Positions 20,730 through 32,663 of a stretch of DNA of 64,000 nucleotides are shown here, one piece after another. The notes beneath the pieces are model-generated. The model saw nothing but the letters and a program-made list of their open reading frames with translations. It made no database searches and was not told the DNA's origin. Each line of letters opens with the position of its first letter. The stretch's first letter is position 1. Where the stretch lies: the NCBI GenBank assembly GCA_963845535.1, contig CAWJSK010000013.1:1-64000 (forward strand), read 5' to 3'. This DNA comes from an uncultured Spirochaetota bacterium (lineage in GTDB: Bacteria; Spirochaetota; Spirochaetia; SZUA-6; Fen-1364). A program made the translations under genes and the position numbers.

Positions 20730-23700
20730 ATGAAGTACGAAGCGGTCACGTGGGAAGGAGCCCTGATCGGGCCGGAAACTCTGGATAAGCTTGTCGACGA
20801 CAATGCCATCAAGGGTCAGAAGCCGGGAGATTTCGGCATCAAGGGCAGGGTACGGGACGAGATGCTGGAGGCCTGGGCGGAAGCCAGGGCCCAGTGGGCG
20901 CTGTTCAGCACGCGCCGCGGACGGGAAGACGCCAAGGACCTTTACGGCACGAGCCGCACGCGCCAGTCCTGGATCATCCCGTTCCTCTCCCTCCTCGGAT
21001 ATGAGCTGGAGAATGCTCCGGCCGCGGAGGCCGCCGGTAAGAGCTTTCCCATCAGTCACCGGGCCGCGGGCAGGGTGTGCCCGGTTCACATCGTGGGCTT
21101 TACGGAGAGCCTGGACAAAAAGCGTGAGGGCGCGCGATCGAGCCCTCACAGCATGGTTCAGGAGTATGTGAACCTTTCCGACACGCTCTTTGGCCTTGTA
21201 ACCAACGGCCTCGGTTTCCGGCTCCTCCGCGACTCCAGCCGGCTCATCAAGCTTTCCTATCTCGAGTTCAACCTGGAGCGGATCTTCGAAGAGGAGCTCT
21301 TTCCGGACTTCGCTCTTCTCTTTCGTCTCCTCCACATCAGCCGTTGGCCTCTGGCCAACCCCGATGGGAGCCCTGCGGGCCAGGCCTCCGATTGCCTCCT
21401 GGAGACTTACCACCAGGACAGCCTCGAGAATGGGAGCCGTATCCGGGAGAAGCTCTCGGACGCAGTGATCAACGCCATCACTCTCTGGGCAAACGGTCTC
21501 CTTGCCCACCCCGACAACGGCGCGTTCCGCGCCAGCTTCGCTTCGGACGCCACGGCCCCGCGCCGTTTCTACGATGCGCTTCTCACGCTTGTGTACCGTA
21601 TCCTCTTCCTCCTCGTCATCGAGGAACGTGGTCTCACACATCCGCCCGATGCCGATGCAGCCCTGAAGAGCGTCTACCGCGACTACTACTCCCTTTCCGC
21701 TCTGCGTGGCCGCAGTCGTGGGATTGCGCGGGAGGAAGGGCGATACTGTGATCTCTGGCAATGCCTACGGGACTGTTTTCGGCTCTACGAGGATGCCGGA
21801 CTGGCCGAGACCCTCGGCCTCAAACCGCTCGGCGGCGATCTTTTCTCCTCCGAATCACTCCGCCTGTTCGACGGTCTGTCCCTGGACAACAGGACCTTTG
21901 CGGAGGGGTTTCAGCTCCTGGATTCGTACGGGGATGATACCCGTGGCGTGCGAGTGCGTGTGAACTACGCGGCCCTCAATGTGGAAGAGTTCGGCTCGAT
22001 CTACGAGGGCCTCCTGGATTACGATGCACGCGTGACCGCCGTCGGCGCGGGCCTGAGCTTCTCCTTCCAGAAAGGCAGCGACCGTGCGAAAAGCGGCAGC
22101 CACTACACGCCCGAGGAGCTCGTCCAGCCTCTGATCGAGCACGCCCTGCAGCCCCTCATCGAATCCTGCCTCCACGAGGCGAATGCTGAGGACAAGCTGC
22201 TGAGCCTGAAGATCTGCGACGATGCCTGCGGCTCCGGTCACATACTCCTGAATGCAGCGCGCCGGATCGCCCTGGAGGTGGCGCGCCTGCGCACGAAGGC
22301 GGACAATCCCGATCCTTCGAGCTACCGCAAAGCCCTTCGCGATGTGATTGAGCGTTGCGTCTACGGCGTTGACTTCAACCCGCAGGCGCTGCGCCTCTGC
22401 AAGGTGGCTCTGTGGCTGGAAGGCCACAACCCCGGCCAGTCATTGGGTTTCCTCGATCACCACCTCAAGTGCGGCGACAGCCTTGTCGGGCTGACCCGTG
22501 CCGATGACCTGCTGGCGGGCATCGCGGAGGAAGCCTTTACAGCGCGGGACGGTGACGACAAAGACTTTGCAGCCGCGCTTCGTAAGAGGCACAAAAACGA
22601 GCGGGCCGAGTCGGCGAGCAAACAGAATCTCCTGGACCGGCAGTCGGAGGTCGGTGATTCCCTCAAGACGGTCATCGAGACTCTCTCCACCGTGACCCGG
22701 ATGGACGACTCCACGCCTGAAGCCGCTATGCACAAGAAGGAGACATATCTCCTTGTCACCCAAGGGTCAGCATGGCGGCGGCTCAAGGCGCTTGCCGATA
22801 TCCAGCTTGCCCCTTTCTTTGTGCCGAAGAAGCCGGACTGCGCCGTGGCAACGGAGCAGGAATACCGCGCCTTCCTGGACGGCAGGGACGACACGGAGAA
22901 GCATCCCATCAGCGAAATGGCCGCGGAGGTGTCCGAGTCCCGGCGCTTCTTCCATTGGTTCCTGGAGTTCGCCGAGGTCATGCAGGATGGAGGCTTCGAC
23001 TGCTTCCTGGGGAATCCGCCGTTTTTGGGTAACCGAAAGCTACGCGGTTCTTTCGGACTCGATTATCTCGACTACTTGAAATACGCGTACGCGCCCGCGG
23101 GCGCGATCGACCTCATTGGGTATTTCGTCCGGCGCAACTACTCGCTCCTCAAGCCGGAGCGTGCCATGGGGACATTGGCCACAAACACTATCGCACAGGG
23201 AGGAACCAGGGAAGGCGGGCTCGATGTCATCGAGAAGGAAGGCGGATCTATTGTTATGGCTGTCAGAAGCAGACCGTGGCCCGGCGCAGCCGCGGTCGAA
23301 GTAAGCCTCGCTGCTATCTACAAAGGAGCATGGACCGGAAATCGAGTCCTTGACGGGAAGCAGGTCGACTTCATCTCTACCTACTTCGACGACCAGAAGG
23401 GCGTCGGAAATCCTTTCCCGCTGGCCGCCAACGCGGGCAAGAGCTTTCAGGGATCCATCGTCCTCGGTCCGGGCTTTGTGTTGGAGTCCGCAAACGCTCT
23501 ATCACTGATCACGCACAATCCCAGGAACAAGGACGTGCTTTTTCCGTACCTCAACGGGGAGGATCTCAACTCGCGAAGCGATCAAAGCCCCAGTAGATGG
23601 GTTATCAACTTTCAGGACTGGCCGCTCGACCAGGCGAGCGCTCCTGATGGCTATGACGGTCCTGTCGCCGCGGACTACCCCATGTGCCTGGAAATCATTG

Positions 23701-24620
23701 AGCGACTCGTGAAGCCGGAAAGAACGCGAGTTGACGCCAAAGGCAGTTTCGTTCTGCGCAAGCCGCTTCCAGAGCGCTGGTGGCACTACGCAGACAAGCG
23801 TCCAGCCCTCTACCGGACGATCGCGCCATTGGAGCGGGTCATCGTCGTCGCGAGGGTGAGCCGTACACTGGCCTTTGCATTCTCAACTCAGGCGATCGTA
23901 CTCGATGAGAAGCTGATCGTGATCGCCAAAGCTGATTCCCGCTACTTGTCGTTGCTGCAGTCTAGTATGCATTTCGCATGGTCTTGGAAGTACTGCACAA
24001 CCATGAAAGCTGACCTCACCTACACACCGACTACCCAGTTCCAGACCTTTCCCTTTCCCGCCGGCTTCGAGCCGAACGCTCCGCAAGCGACGACTCCCTC
24101 GGACATAGGCAATCGGCTCGATTCACTCGGCGCCCGACTCGATTCCGACCGAAGGGGAGTCATGACGCGCATCAATGTCGGCCTAACGACTCTGTACAAC
24201 ATCTACCATGACCCGGACCTTTCGGTGGCTGCTGTCATGAAAGAGGCGAAGTGCAACGAAGAGAGCGCGTCGTGGGCAGTGGAGAAAATCGTCGCCCTGC
24301 GGGATCTGCATCGCTCGATCGATGAAGCGGTCCGGGACGCCTACGGTTGGACGGACCTCGATCTGCAGCACGGCTTCCACGAGCTGGAGTTCCTGCCCGA
24401 AAACGACCGCATCCGCTACACCGTCTCCACCGCAGCGCGCAAGGAGATCCTCCGCGGCCTGCTGGCGCTGAATCACGAGCGCCACGCGGAAGAGGTTGCC
24501 GCCGGCCTTGTCGACGAAAATGGCAAGCTCCTCAAGAAGCGCGGCGCGGAAGCGCCTTCAGACAAGGCGGAGAAGAAGAAGCCGAAGAAGGCCGTGTTTG
24601 GAGAAAGGGCGCTATTCTGA
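20730..24620 (+). CDS. N6-adenine DNA methyltransferase, Eco57I/DrmMI/PglX-like, with target recognition domain
   Basis: GSIYEGLL, SGSHYTP, DDACGSGH (motif I), GNPPF (motif IV), FQTFPFP. Confidence 0.9.
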   Translation: MKYEAVTWEGALIGPETLDKLVDDNAIKGQKPGDFGIKGRVRDEMLEAWAEARAQWALFSTRRGREDAKDLYGTSRTRQSWIIPFLSLLGYELENAPAAEAAGKSFPISHRAAGRVCPVHIVGFTESLDKKREGARSSPHSMVQEYVNLSDTLFGLVTNGLGFRLLRDSSRLIKLSYLEFNLERIFEEELFPDFALLFRLLHISRWPLANPDGSPAGQASDCLLETYHQDSLENGSRIREKLSDAVINAITLWANGLLAHPDNGAFRASFASDATAPRRFYDALLTLVYRILFLLVIEERGLTHPPDADAALKSVYRDYYSLSALRGRSRGIAREEGRYCDLWQCLRDCFRLYEDAGLAETLGLKPLGGDLFSSESLRLFDGLSLDNRTFAEGFQLLDSYGDDTRGVRVRVNYAALNVEEFGSIYEGLLDYDARVTAVGAGLSFSFQKGSDRAKSGSHYTPEELVQPLIEHALQPLIESCLHEANAEDKLLSLKICDDACGSGHILLNAARRIALEVARLRTKADNPDPSSYRKALRDVIERCVYGVDFNPQALRLCKVALWLEGHNPGQSLGFLDHHLKCGDSLVGLTRADDLLAGIAEEAFTARDGDDKDFAAALRKRHKNERAESASKQNLLDRQSEVGDSLKTVIETLSTVTRMDDSTPEAAMHKKETYLLVTQGSAWRRLKALADIQLAPFFVPKKPDCAVATEQEYRAFLDGRDDTEKHPISEMAAEVSESRRFFHWFLEFAEVMQDGGFDCFLGNPPFLGNRKLRGSFGLDYLDYLKYAYAPAGAIDLIGYFVRRNYSLLKPERAMGTLATNTIAQGGTREGGLDVIEKEGGSIVMAVRSRPWPGAAAVEVSLAAIYKGAWTGNRVLDGKQVDFISTYFDDQKGVGNPFPLAANAGKSFQGSIVLGPGFVLESANALSLITHNPRNKDVLFPYLNGEDLNSRSDQSPSRWVINFQDWPLDQASAPDGYDGPVAADYPMCLEIIERLVKPERTRVDAKGSFVLRKPLPERWWHYADKRPALYRTIAPLERVIVVARVSRTLAFAFSTQAIVLDEKLIVIAKADSRYLSLLQSSMHFAWSWKYCTTMKADLTYTPTTQFQTFPFPAGFEPNAPQATTPSDIGNRLDSLGARLDSDRRGVMTRINVGLTTLYNIYHDPDLSVAAVMKEAKCNEESASWAVEKIVALRDLHRSIDEAVRDAYGWTDLDLQHGFHELEFLPENDRIRYTVSTAARKEILRGLLALNHERHAEEVAAGLVDENGKLLKKRGAEAPSDKAEKKKPKKAVFGERALF

Positions 24621-24812
24621 TACTTTCAAACATAGGCACCATAGGGCTTGTTTTGCGACCGAGCTCGTATGCTCGAATGAATCGTTCGCACGCCGTCCCA
24701 AGGGTTTATTGAGGATAAGACAGGAGCAGAGCATGCATTGCTCGAGAGTTCTGGCCAAAGTCGTAAGGGCCTGCCTCACATGCGACTTTCTCTTTGTCGA
24801 CGAGCTCCGAAC

Positions 24813-27800
24813 ATGACGGGTGGCATAGCCGACAAACTGGGAAATCTATATGAAGCCAAAGGTGCAGTTCTTGGGCTTCTCGAGGTCCTGCAGGGTGATG
24901 CCTTGGCCGTTCGATATGAGAGTATCGATCCGAAGGAGCACGGCATCGACTGGTTCCTCAGGTATGTCGATGCCGAAAAAGCAGTCCAGGCAAAAATGGG
25001 GCCCACGACCGGGAAATGGTCAATCAGAGCACTTGAGAGAGAAGGCGTTTTGAAAAGCGCCGAAGAATGGCTGAACGGGTACCCTCGTCGTACTTTCCTG
25101 TTTCTCTCGGAGTCTTCTTCGCCAGAGATCGAGAGATTGTGCGAAAAGGCGAAACGTGTAATGGAGTCAAACGCACTGCTTGTGACGCTATCGCGTCCAC
25201 AGAGAGACGACTTCGAGCACTTGTGTGAGATATGGAGTGTCTCATCCGAGACGGCCCTTGATTTCGTTAAGCGCTGCGGATTTGAAGCACGAGCAGAGCA
25301 CCAGCTCGACGAACTCATCCAGTTGCGGGGACAGATCGTTTTCGCGAACCCCGGGGTGTCGGTCTTCCCGATCCTGCGGGCCTACATTGAACAGCGGATG
25401 GGGCTCGAATTGACCGCAGAGAAAGCCACTATGGAAATATTGCACGGCGGCCAGCTCTCTTTCAGGCCGCGCCAAGATCCCGCTCTGTGGGATCGGCTTC
25501 GCGAGGCAAACAGGCTTTTCATTGAAAGTCATCCCATCCTCGGCGCGCGCACCCCCATTCATCGAGAAGAGGCTGACCGCATCACAAAGGCGCTTTTCGA
25601 AACTGCATCGCCTCGCCTCTTTCTGGTGACCGGAAGCGCCGGCTCCGGCAAGTCCTTCATTCTCAAAGAAATTATCTCAGAAATGGAGCGGAAAGCAGTC
25701 CCGCATCTGTCACTTAGAGTGGACAAGTATTTATCAGCGCTTTCTCTTGCCGAATTGGGAAGTCATATCTTGGGGAGGGAGGAGAATCCGCTTCTGACAC
25801 TCGTCGAATATTCGGGAAACAATCTGTGCGTATTGATTATAGATCAAGTTGACGCCATCGGCGAAGCTTCTGGCAGAAACAGTTCGATGCGCGAGCTCGT
25901 GCTCAGGCTCATTGACTTGGCCCGCACATTCGAATCGGTCCGTGTTATCGCCGCCTGCCGATCATACGATCTATCTAGTGACCCACGCCTCAAATCCCTT
26001 GCGAACGACGAGAAGGTTCTGAACGTTCAGGCGTCGCCGCTTGACTGGACGCGCGATGTGGAACCTCAACTCCAGGTACAGGGTTTCGACACCCATAGAA
26101 TCCAGCCCGCGCTCCGCGCCATATTGACGTCTCCGCTCAATCTGGCCATCTTTCTCGAACTCGGCGCGGACTCGAACCGCAACTCTTTAGGCCAGCTCAC
26201 TGACATCTCCACGCTCTACGACCGACTGGTCTGGGCGAAGGCGAAACGCCTCGCCGACGTCGATCTGGTAGAAACACTTGCCGTCATCGCGCGCAAGATG
26301 AGTGAAGACGAGGCGCTGGATGCACCTGACTCTGTGCTCGAGCCCAAGATGATTGATCCGCTCGCGTCGGAGCAGCTCATCGTTCGTTCGAAGTCGCGAA
26401 TATCCTTCTTCCACGAGACGTTCTTCGATTATGTCTATTCGCGCGACTTCGTTGGGAAAGGCAAGTCAATTGTCGAATTTCTAAAAGCAGACGAGCAGAT
26501 TCTCTTTCGAAGAACTCAAGTCCGTCAGATCCTGAACTACTACCGGCAGACGGAAGGGAGAGATGGTGCTAAGTACCTATCAGAGCTCAGGAGCGTCCTG
26601 AATGATGGTGATGTTCGCTACCACATCAAGGATGCCGTGGCGGGTTGGCTCGGTTCGCTCCCCAACCCCTGCGAGCGAGAACTGGACATAGCACTTGGGT
26701 TGGACACTGCCGATTTCGGCATGCCCTTTCTGGTCCGCAAAGCTGTCTACGCCCAACCTTCCTGGGCCTCGATATTGGCACAACGAAATCTGCTAAGCCG
26801 ATGGCTACGGTCTCCCGTCGAGAATCGCAGAGACGACGCAATGGCGTTGCTCACAACACTCCTCAAAGTGGATCAATCCGCCGCAGTAGAATGTATCGAG
26901 GCGTACCTGCGCGAAGAACCGATCACTCGATTGGCGGTCGTATTGCGCTGGCTCATGTTCGCAGATAATGTTCGAGCCCTCGGAATCTCTGATTGGATTT
27001 ATGTGTTCAGTTGCTTCCATCGAGACAGGCGGAAACGGAGATGCAACGTCGATAGAACGTCTCGTTCCCTACGGATGGTACACAGAGCAACCTATAGCGG
27101 TGGGCCGGATTCTCTCGGCGTTCTTCAGCGCATGGTTCCGCGCGCACCCGGATGATCATCCGTACAGCCAGAATATATCCGGTATTGTTCCCGATCATCT
27201 TCTGAAAGAACTGAGGAAAGGAAGCCTTGAGGTCTATCTTGGGACAATGCTCCCTGTCTACTTGGAGATTATTGAGCGAATGACTCGTGCTGACCGCCGC
27301 GGGACAAGTGACTTCACGTTCTATTCGATCCACCAAGGATATGATTTTGGTTCTGAGGGTTTCCTGCAAAACCTTCGGGATAGTCTAGTCGAGACAGCAA
27401 AGCATGACCCCAGCAAAGTTATTGGGTATCTTGACGCCATCGATCCCCGTATTCATCCTTCCTGCATATACCTTCATTTGTCGGCTATTGCCGCCGGCGG
27501 CGAGGAAATGGCCAACCGCTTTGCGAGTCTTCTTGACATTCCGGGGCTCATGAACGCGGGGCCATCGGGCGCGACGTGGCTCACCTTTGCGCAAGCGGCG
27601 CAGGCCGTAACTGCCATTCTCTCTCCCCAAATCCTTGAGCAGATAGAAGCTATGATCCTTGGATATTGGCCCGAGTTGAGCCACGCATCTGATGTTGCAC
27701 GCCGACTGAAAGCGGGTGAAAAGGGCTGGCCCACAAGCCAGGAAGTGGCCTACTCCTTTCTGCATGACAGCGGCAGGTCCCAGTGGGCGATCATAAAAAC

Positions 27801-29370
27801 CATTGGAGAAGAGCACTTCTCGTCGTCAGTAAAGATTCGTTTCGCGATGCTTGATCGCAAGTTCGCAGGCGCAGCGATACCGGAGCCGAATACGATTACC
27901 GGTGGCGTCGTTCCGCCCCCGATCCCACCTGATCGCGCAAAACACATGTCGGACGTTCAATGGATTCGGGCTGTCGAAAGCTACCCGGGCAATGGCATAC
28001 CTCCAATAAGGCGAGGGAGGGGTTTTCTAGATATGCACTCAGGGGCAGGAGGACTCTCGCAGGTGCTACGGGAGCAAACCAAAGCTGATCCCGAGCGCTT
28101 CGTGCGGCTCTTTATGCAATTGCCCCAGGACGCGAATACTGAGTATGGCGACGCGATACTGCACGGCCTGGGGGAAAGCAAGGTCGACAGCGCGGCTTTG
28201 CCTCCTCTCATCGGCCGATTGAACCGGGAGCGAAATTCTGAATTTTGTTCAGGATTCTGTTGGTTGATCTCGGCTAGGCCAGCACTCTCCGCCATTAACG
28301 ACGCGTTCGAGCTCCTCCTTTGGCATATGGAGAATGGTCCTACCTCAGTCTCTCGGGAAGCAGAAACGCTGCGGATTCAGCAGGACATGGTCAACGCCGA
28401 TCGACTTCTTGATGGAATCGGCGGAATCATGTTGCTGCATGGCGACCGGGCCGCTGCCGCCCGAGCTCTCGCCAGTGTAATCGCTCACTGCGCCGAGAGG
28501 AGAGACGCCGCAATCGAGCAACTGAGAGTATGGGCTGTCAAGGAACAGGCGAGGAGCATTCTTTGCGCGCTTTCTGAGCCTGTGCTCTATGCGTTTGAAA
28601 TTCTATCCGACAAATCCGTGGCATTCGCTATATTGAAAGCCCTTATTGAAAGGGATGACGGTTTCGATCCCTATCCCCTTTCAAACTACCACGGCATCTT
28701 TCTTCTTCACCGGGCGCTCCACTTCTTCCCACTGGAATGCGAAAACATTATCGAACGACTGGTGCAATTTTCAGACGAACGCATCGCGCAGATAGGCGCG
28801 TACTTCTCTTTCTACCAAGCATTCATTTCCTTGAGCTATCAGGATAAGCCCTTTGCCCTTCTGGGCGAGAAGAACCAATATCGATACATCGATGCCGGCT
28901 GGGCGGCCCAGTTTGTGGCTGAGGACCAGTTCCGTGAGCTATCGACTCGAAAGCTGATCGAGTACTTCGATGACTCAGACGAGCGAACTAGGAAATCAGC
29001 GCTGAAGTGCTTCCGATATCTTGCGGGAAGGCCGCTGGGGTCTCACGAAGAACTGTTGAATGCATTTCTCCATTCCGCCGCATTCGTCCATGCAGATCAC
29101 TTCTTCTTCGAATTCGTGAAATCCGCCCCCGATAGCTCCCGTGACATGGTTATCACAATTGGCCAGCGCGTGCTCGACCTATCAAGACAAGGCATTAAGG
29201 GCGACTTCGGATTCGAAGCGGGAACGATTGCCGACATGCTCAATCGCGAATACTCGGAAACGGCGAATGCTCCAAGCTCCAGGATTCGCATCCTGGACCT
29301 CATTGACGACATGCTTCGGGCCGGTGTGTACGGAGTGACACAGATCGTCGAACAGCACGAGCGGCGGTAG
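24813..29370 (+). CDS. Avs (AVAST)-like nuclease-STAND NTPase, split by a +1 frameshift at ~26970
   Basis: GGIADKLGNLYE and GIDW...VQAK nuclease; GSAGSGKS, IIDQVD, ACRSYDL, SPLNL, FFHETFFDY; ORFs 24738-27155 and 26968-29370 join to ~1518 aa. Confidence 0.78.
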
Positions 29371-29524
29371 GCACCGCTCGTCTTCTACAGTTCGGTAACC
29401 CACTCGGACGGTCGCCCTCCTTTATGCCTTGAAATCAGGGGCTCCCCGCCATCGAAAAGGACATACAGGCGGACGTGGTCGCCGAGCCGATGTTTGTCGA
29501 TCTGCAAATATCGCCGTCTGGCTT

Positions 29525-32500
29525 TCACTTGAGACTTGGCTTCGTCGCTTTCCTAGCAGCTTCCGCAAGCTGTAGTGCGAGCTTCGCCGGCAACACCGCG
29601 CCAAGCTGCTCACTAGGCGCCGTTGCGATCTTCTCTGGAGTGTCCAGGCCGGCGGAGGCGAGTGTCAGGTACTCGCCTCTCTGCAACACGACTGGCAGGT
29701 TCGCCACCCGTAGCAAGCTACTTGGGATTCCGAGCTCCAGCCTGATCAGAATATCGGGCATTTCTGCACCGGCACTCGCACCAGTCAGCACGAGCTGAAG
29801 GATTTCCGACGCCGAGCCAAGCCAGAAACGTGTCGCATCCGCCGCGCCACGAATAACGCCAAAGCCAACCTGGGCATACGGCCCCTTTGTGTAGTGTGCT
29901 TCTATGGAGCTCACTGGGCGTCCCTCGATCCAGTCGTGAAGCATGCAGGCGCGTTTGCACCGTGCCTGGTAGGCTCGCATGTCCTTTGCACCCGACTGCA
30001 TCTGATGGACTATCGGCGGTTCATGCAATCTCATGGCCGCTTCGATCCATTCTGGCTCACCGCGTCTGCCACGGACCATGGGAGTCGCGAGAGAATCGGC
30101 TTCTGAAAGGCACTGGACAAGTGCTATGAGATCCTGAGCGCCGGCAAGGGCCCTTGCACCCCGAATGAGTTCGATCAGCTTCATCGAGGATTCAAAAGAG
30201 AGAGCCGAGCGGCCACAGGCGCGCCCAAGTAGGGAGAGTCGAATCCTCCTTTCGTTTTCCTCGATGAGGCTCAATGCGGTCATTCGCTGAAGCAACTCCT
30301 CCACCTGCGAAGCCATTCGTCTGGCCCAGCCGGGATCCTGGCGTGTCAGACAAAAGCCTGCATAGGTTCGAGAAAGGACCGTACTAACCTGATCGCGCTC
30401 TACTGATTCTACCTGCACCAGAAGGCGGATCAGCCAGGTAGTAAGCCCCTCGTCTTTGAACGAAGACCGAAGTGGCTCAGCTGTCGCCGCGATGTACCTG
30501 CCAAAAAGCAGTCCGCGCGGATGCTCGGCGTCCGTAAGAATGATTGAGGTACCTTTTTCGTTGAACCCCAACCTTCCCGCGCGGCCTGCCATGTTCTTGT
30601 ATTCGGCTACTGTAAACGGCCGGCCATCTTCGCCAAGAAACTCCTGCTCTGCGAGAACGACTGTAGAGGCCGGGGTGTTGATTCCGGCGGCCACGGTGGT
30701 AGTCGCGACCAAGACGCGCAGCTGACTGGCTGGATCGCGAAAGGACCTCTCCACAGCTTGTCGTTCTTCACGACCCAAATTTGTGTTGTGAAAGGCTACT
30801 CCACCTGCCAGGCATTCGCGGAGCCGATGACTTGCAGCGGAGAGATCCTGCGTTGGCAGCTGTTCAATCAGATCCTTCACACCGGGGAGACGGAGTATCC
30901 CTCGCCAGGTACGCCGCGCAACCTTCCGCCGGACCTTTGGCGTTGCGGAATACTATTACCTTCTGACCTTCAGCTACGAGATGTGCAACGAGAGGAACCA
31001 GCATGTCCTGCGCGCTTGGCTTTTCCCGTCTTTGCACGACCAGATTGCGATCCAGAAGCTGTTGTGTCCCCCTGTTCCCGTTTTCATCGATGTACTCGAA
31101 GGTACCACCGCGATCGAGAACACCCTCGCAGAGCGGCACGGGGCGTTCGAGGGAACGTAGAAGGCCGGAGCCGAGCCAGTCCTCGAACCCATTGGCATCG
31201 CCCACCACAGCAGAGAGCAGGATTAGTTGCGGGAATATGCCCCGGTCTCTGGCGGCCAGCAGAAAAGTAAGTAGCAGCTCGACAACGATGCCTCTCTTCG
31301 GGTCCGTCATGAACTGGGCTTCGTCAAGCACGACCAGCCCAAGCTGAGTCAATAGATGCGGACTCGAGACCGCCAGTCCGAGGAACATTTCGTAGGTCAA
31401 CAATGCGAGATCGTATCGGCCTGATAGGAATCGGGCATTGTCGTCAAGGTAGTCGCCGGTAGACCGTATGACCCTTACTCCCAGGCTGTTTCCATACAGA
31501 GCTGCGAACTGATCGTATTTTTCGTTCACCAGCGCCTTATACGGCAGCAGGAAGACGGATTTCCGGCCCTCTTTGTAAGCCCGTATTGCCGCCATTTCAC
31601 CGATAAAGGTCTTCCCTGAGCTAGTGGGAGCGACAACCACGACCGAGCGCCCATCCAGGACTCGATGATTATTTACGGCCTGCACTTGCAGTGAGTTGAG
31701 ACCGCCCTTGAATCTCTTTTCCCACTCTGCAATTGCCTCCAACGGCATGCCGAAGGCGCTGAGGTCGTTTAACGGACCTGTCACCCTAGAGACTGAAGGG
31801 TCAGGGAAAGCGCGGGAGTATTGTTTCCCTCGAACGAGTCGTGGGAGGGTCAATCCGCCTTCGACATGTCCATAAAGAGTGGGCGTCTGCACGTACCCCA
31901 TCGTTCCGGCCGCACCCCTGACGGTCCTCATAATCTCCGCCATCGCACTGACCAGGTCCACGTTGGTGTCACCTTGCGTGAGCGCCTTGATTACCGCGCT
32001 TGTGAGCAGGCCGTGCCCCGAGACCTCGAGAGCGGGCTCATTCGGTCCGCAGGCTGCGATAAGTATTCTCCCGGCCCCAGCTATTCCTAGTAGCGGGTCA
32101 CTGGGATCACGAGAAGCAGGACTGTCGTCCAGAACTCGCGCAGGAGCGGCTCCACTGAAGCAACAGTCAAGCACACAAAGGACGGCTCGAGCGGGCGATC
32201 GGCGGAAGTAGTCGCCGAGAACGTTCATGGGCAGTGTGGTAGAAAGCAGGTTCGAATGATCTGTGTCATAAATTACGAGGCGATGATCGCGCGTACCATG
32301 GCCAGCGAATGTAACGAGTGCGGTGTCATCGGGACCGGCGCCAAGAAGTGTATCCTCCAGAAGACCGACCACTGCGGACTGGGTAGCCTGCTCATCAACG
32401 AGCAACCGCCCCGCCGGCACACCAATCGTGTCGGAGAACAGTGCGTGCAACGCCACAGCGTCAAGCCTGGCGGCGGCCAATTCACGGATACTAGGGTCTT

Positions 32501-32540
32501 GATGCCTATCGATTCCAATAAAGACCGGCCTGAATGCCAT
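29525..32540 (-). CDS. caspase-like (peptidase C14) protease fused to a Ski2/Hel308-like helicase, split by a +1 frameshift at ~30896
   Basis: FAGHG and LDCCFSG dyad; APTSSGKT, DEAQ, ATTTVAAGINTP, NMAGRAGR; ORFs 30864-32540 and 29525-30880 join to ~1004 aa. Confidence 0.85.
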
Positions 32541-32663
32541 TACGCCCCCTCAGCACGCAGCATTGTGGTCTATCCAGTCGGCCACCTTCTTTGGAAAGCC
32601 GATCGGGTGCCGTTGAGCACGTGGAGACCGTGCTTGAGCACTGACCTGTCGCGCGGCGTGTGT

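Noticed and set aside
20181..21761. Long antisense ORFs (also 15846-16895, 18572-19390, 57942-58847, 61346-62143)
   Set aside because: Shadows of GC-rich coding genes on the opposite strand, with no motifs
10296..24620. Canonical BREX, DISARM or Druantia call
   Set aside because: No pglZ/brxC, no separate drmB or PLD drmC, and no recognisable Dru partner genes
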